Of a stretch of DNA of 64,000 nucleotides, positions 18,295 to 27,592 are shown in pieces. Positions within the stretch are counted from its first letter, which is position 1, and the number at the start of each line of letters is the position of its first letter. Position numbers and translations under genes: made by a program. The notes under the pieces were generated by a model. That model was given only the letters and a program-made list of their open reading frames with translations, was not told the origin of the DNA and searched no databases. The DNA comes from a virus, in the IMG/VR virus record IMGVR_UViG_3300027797_000013, positions 57,643 to 121,642 of that record; one strand, 5' to 3'.

Positions 18295-18798
18295 TTATTC
18301 AGGACTGATCATATAAGTCGACCATACTTGTCCAGTAGCTGCGTCTCTATGCACAGGTCCGCTATTGGCTACAGATAGTGTGATACCTTGACGCTCTGCC
18401 TTCTTTAAGATTTGTTTTAACAGTGGCTCTGATAGGGTGTTTGGAGATGTAGTAAGTGACTTACCGTCTTTTAGTTTAGAAATCAATTGATCTATCCAGC
18501 TGAATAGATCTTTCATATAATTAGTTTTCTCTACACCAGGCACTGCTACAATACCTAACACAGCTACTAGCTCGTCAGAATCGATATAGCGCACAATCAT
18601 GCTACCATCTTCAGTCTTATAGGTTTCAATAGGCGCTCCAAAATATTGAGACGCCATCTTGTCCTGAGATCTAATTGTATTTACTAGCTTCGCATCATAG
18701 TGTTGACCTACTGCATTATAGTATTCCTCATCATTTGATGAAACAGCTTCATTCAACATCCGCTCATATATTAAAGTCAAAGGGTCTTTCTTGGTCAT
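18295..18798 (-). CDS. hypothetical late protein
   Basis: TAAATA-N5-ATG. Confidence 0.7.
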   Translation of the reverse strand: MTKKDPLTLIYERMLNEAVSSNDEEYYNAVGQHYDAKLVNTIRSQDKMASQYFGAPIETYKTEDGSMIVRYIDSDELVAVLGIVAVPGVEKTNYMKDLFSWIDQLISKLKDGKSLTTSPNTLSEPLLKQILKKAERQGITLSVANSGPVHRDAATGQVWSTYMISPE

Positions 18799-18841
18799 AT
18801 GAGTATTTAATTGTCCTAGTATACTAAGACTATACTACTCT

Positions 18842-19651
18842 TTAGAATTCTGCTGCAGTAGGTCCAATTCCTTCTGCTTCTTCGAAGCTATAGGTCTCAC
18901 CATCCGAAAGTACAACCGACTTTAAGTACCCTGTTAGTGGGTAGAACTCGTACTGCTCTACTTTACCGTCTGGTAAGCGTTTTGTAAAGCTAGTTTGCTT
19001 AGGAGCGTTAGTATGCACCAGCCTATTTTTTTCAAGAAAACTTTTAGCTTTATAATAGTCAGGTAGAACATGATCTAGATGTAGTTTATTTATACTAATA
19101 TCAAATGAAGTCCATTTAACATCCTTTAAATTAGTTATACCTTCATCATGTTGAAACCCAGGATATCTGGCTAAGGTGTTTATTCTTTCGTTAGAAGCCC
19201 AGTTAGCTCTTTTTTCCTTTTTATCCGACGAGGTCTCAGCATTTATCGGGTACCATTCATGCAAATTAGATGTATACCCTCTTAGTAGGAAAAAGGTATG
19301 ATCATCTGACATAGTTTGGCTCCAAGATCTAATTACAGAAACAGAAATTTCTTCATCTGCTTTACTAAAAAGATATTTTAAAGCAGTTACCATATCACCC
19401 CCAGTCTCAGCGAGCCTACCAGAAAAAATATTATGCATTATTGGTACCTTATTTGAATATCTTTTTTCTAATCTATTTGCTCTTTCTTGTGCTTGCTTAT
19501 ATCTGCTATACGCATCTTTAGTCACAAAATAAGATCTATTGTGCTCGCTGCCCACCTCTGGATCTTTAGTATCACCTACTACTTGACGGTAGGCTCTACC
19601 AACATCATCTCGTTCTTTAAGTATTTGATCAACTTCCTTATTAAAATCCAT
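18842..19651 (-). CDS. hypothetical late protein
   Basis: TAAGTA-N5-ATG; 269 aa. Confidence 0.7.
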   Translation of the reverse strand: MDFNKEVDQILKERDDVGRAYRQVVGDTKDPEVGSEHNRSYFVTKDAYSRYKQAQERANRLEKRYSNKVPIMHNIFSGRLAETGGDMVTALKYLFSKADEEISVSVIRSWSQTMSDDHTFFLLRGYTSNLHEWYPINAETSSDKKEKRANWASNERINTLARYPGFQHDEGITNLKDVKWTSFDISINKLHLDHVLPDYYKAKSFLEKNRLVHTNAPKQTSFTKRLPDGKVEQYEFYPLTGYLKSVVLSDGETYSFEEAEGIGPTAAEF

Positions 19652-19659
19652 ACATATAC

Positions 19660-19824
19660 TTAATCAATCAGAGTCACACCTTCTGGTGGAGGAGACATTT
19701 TGTAGATTTCCTTCCAGCGATTAGCGCCCGGACCAGAGAAGGAGATGGTTCCAGGCTTAACTTTATCGGCCTCTACAATCTCACTAGCTTGAATCTCTGC
19801 AGACATATCGTTGTAATCACTCAT
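19660..19824 (-). CDS. hypothetical early protein, 54 aa
   Basis: ATG 5 nt behind motif copy 19830-19847. Confidence 0.65.
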   Translation of the reverse strand: MSDYNDMSAEIQASEIVEADKVKPGTISFSGPGANRWKEIYKMSPPPEGVTLID

Positions 19825-19845
19825 ACCTTATTATATCGGAGTTCG

Positions 19846-20085
19846 TTATGGGTACAGTTTCTGTACCAGTTCTTTGTGTTTGCAAAGTATTTCGTCCATC
19901 TCTTCACGACTAAACGTTCGTGTCGACGTCCAGACTTGTAGATCTAATCCTTCAACTTCTTTCTCGCAAATTCCGCATCGCGCTTTTTTGATCGGGTTTT
20001 GCTCGGACGCGAGGATTTGGTATCCGAATCCACAGTACTTACAGACGTGTGTAATGCGGTGGTAGGTCTCAATAGTAGTTTCCAT
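19846..20085 (-). CDS. small Zn-finger protein (CKYC...CGIC)
   Basis: Two CxxC motifs. Confidence 0.65.
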   Translation of the reverse strand: METTIETYHRITHVCKYCGFGYQILASEQNPIKKARCGICEKEVEGLDLQVWTSTRTFSREEMDEILCKHKELVQKLYP

Positions 20086-20088
20086 GCT

Positions 20089-20433
20089 TTATTTTATCAA
20101 ACTGATACGAGCTGCACCATGCTGGATAGTAGCAGGTTCAATCGACACAATTTTAGAGTAGTACATCGCAGTCAACGCATCATAAGATTCATACGTATGC
20201 AGTACACCATCTGTAGTACGCTTGATACGTTCGATGAGAGCCTTTAATGCTACAGCAGAGCTGAAGTGAGGACGATTCTTACTATTAGCTTTGATGTAAT
20301 CGTAGCAGTGCAATGCCTGTTCAGTAGTTGCTTTAGGTCTATCTGCTATGAGCTGAGCGGAGGCTCGGCGTACGGTAGTCTTAGGAGCTGGCACCGTAAT
20401 GTTGTATAGAGGGTTAGATGGGTCGTACGGCAT
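20089..20433 (-). CDS. hypothetical protein
   Basis: ORF in operon context. Confidence 0.65.
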   Translation of the reverse strand: MPYDPSNPLYNITVPAPKTTVRRASAQLIADRPKATTEQALHCYDYIKANSKNRPHFSSAVALKALIERIKRTTDGVLHTYESYDALTAMYYSKIVSIEPATIQHGAARISLIK

Positions 20434-20437
20434 ATGA

Positions 20438-20659
20438 TTACTTAGAGTAGTTGATCCAACGCAGGAATGAACGGAAGTTTTTGAAGCCTACTATGCTGCC
20501 ATCAGGATTGATCTCTGCTTGTAGGTTATTATTATTCCTGGTACGTTGCATCAGTACAGAGCTGTCATCGTACATGCACATGACTCTGAAGCCTAGATGG
20601 ATCAGCGACATCAACGTTATTTGACGTTCAAAGGAAGGTAGAGTGAGTGTATCGGTCAT
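20438..20659 (-). CDS. hypothetical early protein (start revised to MTDTLTLP)
   Basis: ATG behind motif copy 20666-20683. Confidence 0.7.
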   Translation of the reverse strand: MTDTLTLPSFERQITLMSLIHLGFRVMCMYDDSSVLMQRTRNNNNLQAEINPDGSIVGFKNFRSFLRWINYSK

Positions 20660-20685
20660 ACTATTATTATATCGGAGTTCGTTAA

Positions 20686-20795
20686 CAAAAAAAAGACCCG
20701 CCTTGGTGCGCATCGTAGAGAGGCGTGGCGGGTACAGATCACCTAACGAAGTGTGCTTCACTCTTTTCAGGAGGAGAGGCCCGTTAAGTCTACTG
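20686..20795 (-). ncRNA. candidate ~110-nt small RNA with late promoter and terminal stem + U-tract
   Basis: ATAAATA at ~20800-20806; GAAG/CTTC hairpin; ACCCGCC/GGCGGGT stem followed by T8. Confidence 0.45.
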
Positions 20796-20802
20796 AAATT
20801 AT

Positions 20803-21291
20803 TTATGCATCCTTAAAACTTTTAGGTTTATACCCCATGGAGCGCTCCTCAGGTTCATCGCCCATATCTAAATGATAAATTAAATTCTCAAGCTCATCGT
20901 ACTGGAGCTGAGTGCCGAACAAATAATCTACAGCAGCTATAATTTTCTCAACTTCAAAAGCTGTTAAGTTTCCTACTTCGGATTCATCGCCGCCGAAGTC
21001 ACCCTCTTGACTATTATTGTCTCCGATAGGCACACCTACTGCTTTGAGAAAGTCTGTCGCAGATTCGTTTTCTTGTTTAAGAAATGGCATTAGTGCATTC
21101 TTATCGAAGCGTAGATTCAAGGTACCAGCATACTCGGTTCCCATCTTCATGGTTTTAACAGCTGTAGGCCACTTTGATTCATCTGGAGTATACTTTTGAT
21201 CTTTTGCATGCATGCTTGCAAAAGGTTCGTTTTGATTACCTTCCATAGCTTCGTATATTAAGCCTATTCTCTTAAAGTCGTTATTTCTCAT
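20803..21291 (-). CDS. hypothetical late protein (start revised to MRNNDF)
   Basis: ATAAATA-N5-ATG at 21291. Confidence 0.65.
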   Translation of the reverse strand: MRNNDFKRIGLIYEAMEGNQNEPFASMHAKDQKYTPDESKWPTAVKTMKMGTEYAGTLNLRFDKNALMPFLKQENESATDFLKAVGVPIGDNNSQEGDFGGDESEVGNLTAFEVEKIIAAVDYLFGTQLQYDELENLIYHLDMGDEPEERSMGYKPKSFKDA

Positions 21292-21335
21292 TCCTTTATT
21301 TATGGCTCGTAATATATTTTCTTTAGGTTCGTCTT

Positions 21336-21536
21336 TCATACTTCAGGAAAGGGAGGAAGATCCATCCATCCAATGATGGTCCAATCCATATACGGATAAG
21401 CATTATCGTCTCTACTAATCCACCTGTGGCCAAGTTGTCTTACGATGGCGTGTCCTTGTGGACCGTCCTTTACAGTACCATACGCAATGAGGACTTCACG
21501 ATCACTAGGAATGGTCTTAAATGACTTCCATTTCAT
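21336..21536 (-). CDS. DUF551-like small protein
   Basis: MKW...P...EVLI...IIGWMDLPPFPE pattern. Confidence 0.55.
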   Translation of the reverse strand: MKWKSFKTIPSDREVLIAYGTVKDGPQGHAIVRQLGHRWISRDDNAYPYMDWTIIGWMDLPPFPEV

Positions 21537-21538
21537 AA

Positions 21539-21661
21539 TTACTTAACAATAATGAACCAGATAGCAGCGACAAGAGCAATGTCGAGTACTGCGCAGATAT
21601 AACCAGTGACGAATGTGCTATAGGATGAGCGGAAAGCGTAGTAGCGAATATTATTGAGCAT
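21539..21661 (-). CDS. small membrane peptide, 40 aa
   Basis: Behind a motif copy; one hydrophobic helix. Confidence 0.55.
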   Translation of the reverse strand: MLNNIRYYAFRSSYSTFVTGYICAVLDIALVAAIWFIIVK

Positions 21662-21704
21662 ACTTTATTATATCGAAGTTCGTTTAGATCTATATGAAAA
21701 AATA

Positions 21705-21789
21705 TGGTGGGTAGGGATGGATTCGAACCATCGAAGGCTAAGCCAGCAGATTTACAGTCTGCCCCATTTGGCCACTCTGGTACCTACCC
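21705..21789 (-). tRNA. tRNA-Tyr(GTA)
   Basis: Cloverleaf, loop CTGTAAA, long variable arm, CCA. Confidence 0.93.
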
Positions 21790-21795
21790 GTATTA

Positions 21796-22290
21796 CTATT
21801 TATCTAAATCTTCAACTTCATCAAGCTCTTTCTCTATCTCTCTACAAGTCTTATTAGCTAGTGTCTGCAGCTCTTCTGTAAAGTTTCCATAGATTCTAAA
21901 CGTATCATACTTCCATTTTGTATCAGTTACTCTAATACCTTTAGTGAGTAGATAAAAGATCTTTGATAGAAAGAGATTTCGACATCTGACCAATGAACCA
22001 TCGTTGCCGAATAGATCAAGTAAGCGTAGTACGAATCTTGGACACCACCACGGGCGCGCTACCTTATCAACCTCTTTAAAGAACTCGCGTAGGAGTGCTT
22101 CTTCAGGGTATAGAAATTTGCTACCTACAGTATAGGTATAGATAGCGTAACCTAGATAACTGTACTCGTTTCCTATTTTAGGAAAGAAGCATTCAATTAC
22201 ATCTCCAACCTTTATGCTATTTAACATAACTTTAAAGGCTGTCGAATCTTTTACTCTCGGTTTAACAAGTACAATGTCTCTAAAATTCAT
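21796..22290 (-). CDS. hypothetical protein
   Basis: 164-aa ORF. Confidence 0.65.
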   Translation of the reverse strand: MNFRDIVLVKPRVKDSTAFKVMLNSIKVGDVIECFFPKIGNEYSYLGYAIYTYTVGSKFLYPEEALLREFFKEVDKVARPWWCPRFVLRLLDLFGNDGSLVRCRNLFLSKIFYLLTKGIRVTDTKWKYDTFRIYGNFTEELQTLANKTCREIEKELDEVEDLDK

Positions 22291-22294
22291 ATAG

Positions 22295-22699
22295 TTAGTC
22301 TACTCTCGTATCTTCAGGTATATCTTTCTTAGGCACGATATATACATCTATTGTTTTCTTATCTTCGATAGATATAGCTCTCTTTAATCTATTCAGACCG
22401 TCCGCTACAGATAGCCCATAAGAGCTATCTTTAATAACTAACAAAGGGTATGATGTGTCAGCTTTCTGCACACGTTCATTAGAATGCTTAGGATCTTCCT
22501 TATTCTGTTTGTTCCACCATTTTAGTTCATGTTTAAGTTTAGAAATAGGAAAATCTTTTTTAAAGTACTTTTCCTTATTCTTCTCAGCAAACTTTACTAT
22601 TTTTGGAACAGACCACTTTTCACCTTTCTCATTCTGCATTATATTGCTTGCATCATGAAAGTGCTCTAGAAGATTTTCTATTTCTTTATTAAAATTCAT
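22295..22699 (-). CDS. ParB/Srx-like domain protein
   Basis: YPLLV...VADGLNRL pattern. Confidence 0.5.
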   Translation of the reverse strand: MNFNKEIENLLEHFHDASNIMQNEKGEKWSVPKIVKFAEKNKEKYFKKDFPISKLKHELKWWNKQNKEDPKHSNERVQKADTSYPLLVIKDSSYGLSVADGLNRLKRAISIEDKKTIDVYIVPKKDIPEDTRVD

Positions 22700-22703
22700 A
22701 TAG

Positions 22704-23192
22704 TTAGTTCTGAGATGTGCCGGGAATCTCCTTTACCATAGCCTGTAGTAGGGCTCTTGCAACTACTCTATCCTTCTCTTTATCAACTTCCTTTAAATCC
22801 TTATAGTCAAGGCCCTTTAGATACTCTCGCTGAGCATACTTAGTATCAAACTTGCCGTCATCACGTAGCTTTTGAGTGTCGTCGAATTGATCAGGATCTT
22901 GAACGAAGCGCTCTGCAGTTTCATTCCAACCTTTATGAATTTCATCACTGATACGCTCGATGTCTGTCTCGCCACTATTAATAGATTTTGCAGCGTACTC
23001 TGCACTCTTAAGGTTGGATTGCCAGCCGAATGTATTGCTGTTTGGAATACTCGTTGGCCAGCCATATTCTTGCTTCAATGCTTCGTCACTTATCGCAGCG
23101 AGTTTAGCAATATCGCTTGAATCAGTGTTGGTATTTTCTAGAATGCAGCTATAAGCAGTCGCAATAAGTTCAGCGTCTTGTTTGTGTTTCAT
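22704..23192 (-). CDS. RyR-repeat-like domain protein
   Basis: IHKGW...DYKDLKEVDKEKDRVVA pattern. Confidence 0.55.
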   Translation of the reverse strand: MKHKQDAELIATAYSCILENTNTDSSDIAKLAAISDEALKQEYGWPTSIPNSNTFGWQSNLKSAEYAAKSINSGETDIERISDEIHKGWNETAERFVQDPDQFDDTQKLRDDGKFDTKYAQREYLKGLDYKDLKEVDKEKDRVVARALLQAMVKEIPGTSQN

Positions 23193-23725
23193 TTTAAATT
23201 TTGTCCATTGAGAGATACATTAGGTACCTCACTTGCTTGAATATTAAACTTACAAGGTCCTGCAGTAAAGAAAACTTTGACACCTTCTCTTCTAGTAATT
23301 GTTATAAAGTCATTCCTACCGCAGCCTAGGTTCGCAAGCTCATCACTAAACTCTTCAGTAATGTACAATATTTCGTCTTCCATACACTTACTTATAGTCT
23401 AGCTAAGATTCTACTAGCTTGTTTTATTTACGTAAAGTTTGTGTCTCTCCTATTGCTCTGTTTCTCTAACACCCATACTACCTTTTACGGTAGCATTGGA
23501 GAGACAAAGGATATACCTAAGAGACGACCTATCAGGTAAAGCTTTCGTAGAAGTTCTGACGCGATTCCCAGATATCTACCTCTTCTTCGAAGTTTGCGTC
23601 AGGAGAAAGAATATCCCAGCCCCCTGCCTTTAACTCTTCTTTCATATGCATTTTGAATTTAATTGGCTCATTGTCGATAGGAGACAAGGCAATGAAGAAT
23701 TCTTCGTTGATCATATTTGTGTTGG

Positions 23726-23941
23726 TTAGTTGAAGGCCGTAACGTAGACAGTATTGTTGCTTTCGTCGATACTGAGATGGCAACTGAATAGAAAGGAGGC
23801 GTAGTTGACAATCTCTTCTAGTTCGGTATAGCTGAATCCATACCAGATTTGTAGAGGATCTAGAGCTGATAGAAGAGCCGCAATAGTCACACTTCCCTTC
23901 TCTTGCAACTCTTCGATGATTCCGTATTCTTCAGTAAGCAT
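23726..23941 (-). CDS. hypothetical early protein
   Basis: ATG behind a motif copy. Confidence 0.65.
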   Translation of the reverse strand: MLTEEYGIIEELQEKGSVTIAALLSALDPLQIWYGFSYTELEEIVNYASFLFSCHLSIDESNNTVYVTAFN

Positions 23942-23947
23942 ACCTTA

Positions 23948-24184
23948 TTATATCGGAGTTCGTTTTAACTTTCGATTCAAAATACTTTCAACAATAGTCT
24001 TTTTCTCAGCTTTCAACTCTTTTAAAAGAGCAATATAATCAGCAGAACTACAGATGCAAGTAATCTGTAAAGAAGGATCATCCATAGCTCCGCAGTCGCA
24101 GCTATCGCGATGCTCATCGATACTCTTACTGAGCTCAATAATGCGCTCCATAGTACGAGTTTCTTCTGCCGTTAGTTTTTTCAT
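23948..24184 (-). CDS. hypothetical protein
   Basis: ORF; stop lies inside a motif copy. Confidence 0.6.
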   Translation of the reverse strand: MKKLTAEETRTMERIIELSKSIDEHRDSCDCGAMDDPSLQITCICSSADYIALLKELKAEKKTIVESILNRKLKRTPI

Positions 24185-24399
24185 TTAAAAGGAATTTAAA
24201 GCCTCTGGTAGATGTAGAATGATTTTACTCAAGTATACCAGCATTATAACTCCCATAGAGCAGAGAGCTCCTGTCGTTATAAAATCAAATATACTACGCT
24301 GACTACTCCTATACTTTTGTCTTTCAATCTGTATTAGTTTCTCTACACTATTGTCTAGATAATATTTTTTCATATATAAGGGAGGTATTAGTATACTTA

Positions 24400-25320
24400 T
24401 TAAGCTTCTACCTTCTCTTCAACTAGTACTTTCTTGAAGCAAGCGTTATCGCCTCGTCCAATCTTTACTAGCTTATTAGTATCGCAGAGCTCTTTCAGAA
24501 TCAGGTAAGCTTGAGAACCAGAAAGATTAAGAGAAGTCATAATAGTGCTCTTAGTAATCAAAGGAGGGTCGAGCTTGAGAATACTATCGATAAGAGTTTT
24601 CTTACGAGCGTTCTTAGAAGGAGTTACTTCTTGCTCAACTACTTTACCCGTAAACGTAAACCCTTTACTAGTCATACTAGCGCGATAGTCGAGAGTAGCT
24701 CCAAAACGATTCTTAATAAAGCTAACAACACGAGCAGTAGAGTCGTCTTCTTCATCTAGCTCGATCTGAATATTCACATCGACAGTATGAGGAATAAGAG
24801 TCGAACCTTTCAAGACGCCATTCTTAGTAAAGTGCATAACGATAAACAAAGCACACTCGTTCTCTTTAGCAGCTTTAACAAGACTACTAATAGCGTATCG
24901 CTCGAGCTCTGAGAAATTAAGCTTATTAGCACTAGTCAGAGCTTGAAAAGAATCGACAACAAGAGCGTCAAAGTCTTTAGTCGCATTAACAAGATTATCG
25001 ATATCAGTTTCGCTAGCGATAGACACGTTCGAAACATTTAGACGTTTGCAAGTATAAGCGAGCTGATGCTGATTCTCTTCACCAGAAGCATAACCAACGT
25101 TATACCCGTTATTAGCTAGACCTTCCATAAGCTGTAGAAGGAAACTAGACTTACCAGAACCTGCACGACCCGTTACAGTAAAAGAAGAACCAGGAATAAT
25201 ACCTTCACCAAACATCTCATCAATCTCTTTAACACCAGTCGTTAGACGGTTAAAGAAAGTAGAAGGAATAGCAACATCACAAGCGCGGACAAAGTTGGTA
25301 CGTTCAATATTTAGATTCAT
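24400..25320 (-). CDS. RadA/Sms-like RecA-fold ATPase with C-terminal winged helix
   Basis: Walker A GRAGSGKS, YASGEE, VVDSFQ, H.TK.G...G...I.H.VD, KNRFG; lacks the Zn finger and Lon domain. Confidence 0.85.
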   Translation of the reverse strand: MNLNIERTNFVRACDVAIPSTFFNRLTTGVKEIDEMFGEGIIPGSSFTVTGRAGSGKSSFLLQLMEGLANNGYNVGYASGEENQHQLAYTCKRLNVSNVSIASETDIDNLVNATKDFDALVVDSFQALTSANKLNFSELERYAISSLVKAAKENECALFIVMHFTKNGVLKGSTLIPHTVDVNIQIELDEEDDSTARVVSFIKNRFGATLDYRASMTSKGFTFTGKVVEQEVTPSKNARKKTLIDSILKLDPPLITKSTIMTSLNLSGSQAYLILKELCDTNKLVKIGRGDNACFKKVLVEEKVEA

Positions 25321-25369
25321 ATTAATTTCTGATTACTCCTTATTATACTGTAGTTCGTTAAAAGTTCAA

Positions 25370-25558
25370 TTAAGCACAAGCTAGTCCCTTAAAAGCTACA
25401 GCAGCGATCGCTTCAGGACCAGTGCAAAGAATCTTTGCATGCGGATAACGAACTCGAAGGGTTGAAGGCCGACCGCTCCAGAAAAACTCACGACTTTTAT
25501 TCTTGATATAGTAGCAGGCATACACATTGGCTTTTACTAGTTGTTCGTCTGTTGTCAT
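25370..25558 (-). CDS. hypothetical early protein
   Basis: Behind a motif copy. Confidence 0.6.
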   Translation of the reverse strand: MTTDEQLVKANVYACYYIKNKSREFFWSGRPSTLRVRYPHAKILCTGPEAIAAVAFKGLACA

Positions 25559-25696
25559 ACTATTATTATATTGAAGTTCGTTAAGGTTAATATTACAGAA
25601 TGTACCAAATAGTGCAGATAATAAGGAACCCTAATCCTACACAAACAAGAGCAGTACTTAGCAGTTCATTATCGTTATCATCGTTATAGTTCATAA

Positions 25697-26077
25697 TTAG
25701 TAGCTTTCCCAGAGTCCGAATTGATTGGTGAAGTAGACTTTTTTAAAGTTCAATACTTTGATTAGATGAGCGCAATGAAAGCAAGGCTTGCTATGGTTAA
25801 GCTTACCGTTGCGGTCAATCCGAAGTACACCGATGCTATACTTGCGGCAGTCCTCTTCGCCCAGTTTAATACAAGCTGACAGTTCCGCGTGAAGTCTCGA
25901 GTGATCTTCGTAACCATATTGTTTAATTTTTGGATGTGTTTTGTTTGAGTTAGTGCCAACAGAAAGAATATTATTACCTCTAAAGATAAAAGCGACATGA
26001 AAGCATCTGCTTTCTCTTGAGAGATTCTCCCAAGCGATATTTTCTAATCTCTTAAGCAGCTTAATATTGTTTAGCAT
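25697..26077 (-). CDS. cytidine/dCMP deaminase-fold protein
   Basis: LHAE...SKPCFHC zinc motifs. Confidence 0.8.
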   Translation of the reverse strand: MLNNIKLLKRLENIAWENLSRESRCFHVAFIFRGNNILSVGTNSNKTHPKIKQYGYEDHSRLHAELSACIKLGEEDCRKYSIGVLRIDRNGKLNHSKPCFHCAHLIKVLNFKKVYFTNQFGLWESY

Positions 26078-26101
26078 TAACAATATTATATCGAAGTTCG
26101 T

Positions 26102-26272
26102 TTACTCAGTTAACCAAGAAAGCAAAGTAAACTTTCCCCAGCGATTTGTTTTTTTAATCGACTCAATATGGAGAATTGGATCATTGGGATTCTCTGCGTT
26201 GTTTATAACTTCAATTACGCGCATTTTATCGTTTGAAACTGTAAAGACATCATTAACAGATATATTGTGCAT
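26102..26272 (-). CDS. hypothetical early protein (MHNISVND...), paralog of 14150..14362
   Basis: ATG behind a motif copy; protein similarity. Confidence 0.7.
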   Translation of the reverse strand: MHNISVNDVFTVSNDKMRVIEVINNAENPNDPILHIESIKKTNRWGKFTLLSWLTE

Positions 26273-26294
26273 ATTATTATTATATCGAAGTTCG

Positions 26295-27308
26295 TTACGC
26301 CAATCCTGCATCAACAAGAGATCTTTCATGCTTAGCTAATTTTAAATCTGCATCGACCATAATACCACAAAGCTCTTTAAACCTCACTTTAGGCTCCCAA
26401 CCTAGAGCGTTTTTAGCTTTACTAGGATCGCCAATTAACAAATCTACTTCCGCGGGTCGATCGTATCTAGTATCGTACTTGACATACTGTCGCCAATCGA
26501 GATCGAGAGCACTAAACGTCTCTTCGACAAATTCCTGAACGCTATGAGTCTCATTTGTAGCAGCTACATAGTCGTCTGGCTTATCTTGCTGAAGCATTAG
26601 CCACATCATATGTACATATTCCTTTGCATATCCCCAGTCACGCTTTGCGTCTAGATTTCCTAAAACTAATTCAGATTGCAGACCCATTTTAATACGAGTA
26701 GCTGCTCTAGTAATTTTACGCGTGACAAAGGTCTCACCTCTACGAGGCGACTCATGATTGAAAAGTATACCGCAACTTGCATGCATCCCATACGACTCAC
26801 GATAGTTGACAGTCAACCAGTGACCATACAATTTAGCGCAAGCATATGGAGAGCGTGGATAGAATGGAGTAGTTTCAGTCTGCGGTACTGCTTGCACCTT
26901 ACCATACATTTCTGACGATGATGCTTGATAGTATCGAGTATACTCGATCAAGCCTGTTTGCTTGATCGCATCAAGCAGTCGTAGAGTTCCGAGACCGACA
27001 ATGTCACCTGTTGACTGAGGAATGTCGAAAGAGACTCGCACATGGCTTTGCGCGCCGAGATTATAAATTTCGTCTGGCTCAATTTGTGTAAGTAGCTGGC
27101 TTAAACATGCAGCATCAGTTAAGTCACCGAAGTGTAACTTAAGACGATCGCCGAGCTCTGGATTACTATAGATATGCTCTATACGACCAGTATTAAAGCT
27201 AGAAGAGCGCCGTATTATACCATGAACCTCGTAACCCTTATCTAGGAGTAACTCAGCTAAATAAGAACCGTCTTGACCAGTAATACCAGTTATAAGCGCT
27301 TTTTTCAT
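26295..27308 (-). CDS. gmd: GDP-mannose 4,6-dehydratase
   Basis: [55 protein letters not shown]. Confidence 0.97.
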   Translation of the reverse strand: MKKALITGITGQDGSYLAELLLDKGYEVHGIIRRSSSFNTGRIEHIYSNPELGDRLKLHFGDLTDAACLSQLLTQIEPDEIYNLGAQSHVRVSFDIPQSTGDIVGLGTLRLLDAIKQTGLIEYTRYYQASSSEMYGKVQAVPQTETTPFYPRSPYACAKLYGHWLTVNYRESYGMHASCGILFNHESPRRGETFVTRKITRAATRIKMGLQSELVLGNLDAKRDWGYAKEYVHMMWLMLQQDKPDDYVAATNETHSVQEFVEETFSALDLDWRQYVKYDTRYDRPAEVDLLIGDPSKAKNALGWEPKVRFKELCGIMVDADLKLAKHERSLVDAGLA

Positions 27309-27369
27309 ACCTCAATATACAGTAGCTTTAATTTATGTCAACAACTTTTACCAGTTTTAATAACTCCAA

Positions 27370-27588
27370 CTACAATAAATGCTTTTGTAATAAAGTAGAC
27401 TTATCTATACAAACAAGTATAGAAGATAGAGCATGGACTTCTGTTCCGTAAGTCTCAGTTACGATTTGAGAATTATTCTCAATGTTCTTAGCTTCGAGTT
27501 TCCAGCAACTGTCTCCATAGTCCATTCGCTGTTCGAAGTCCACGCTATATCCTTTATAATTGATAATACTATACTTAAACTTACCCAT
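27370..27588 (-). CDS. hypothetical protein
   Basis: ORF in operon context. Confidence 0.5.
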   Translation of the reverse strand: MGKFKYSIINYKGYSVDFEQRMDYGDSCWKLEAKNIENNSQIVTETYGTEVHALSSILVCIDKSTLLQKHLL

Positions 27589-27592
27589 AGTA

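Noticed and set aside
21654-21892. Plus-strand ORFs over tRNA-Tyr (likewise 36785..36982 over the tRNA cluster)
   Set aside because: Antisense shadows of tRNA genes.
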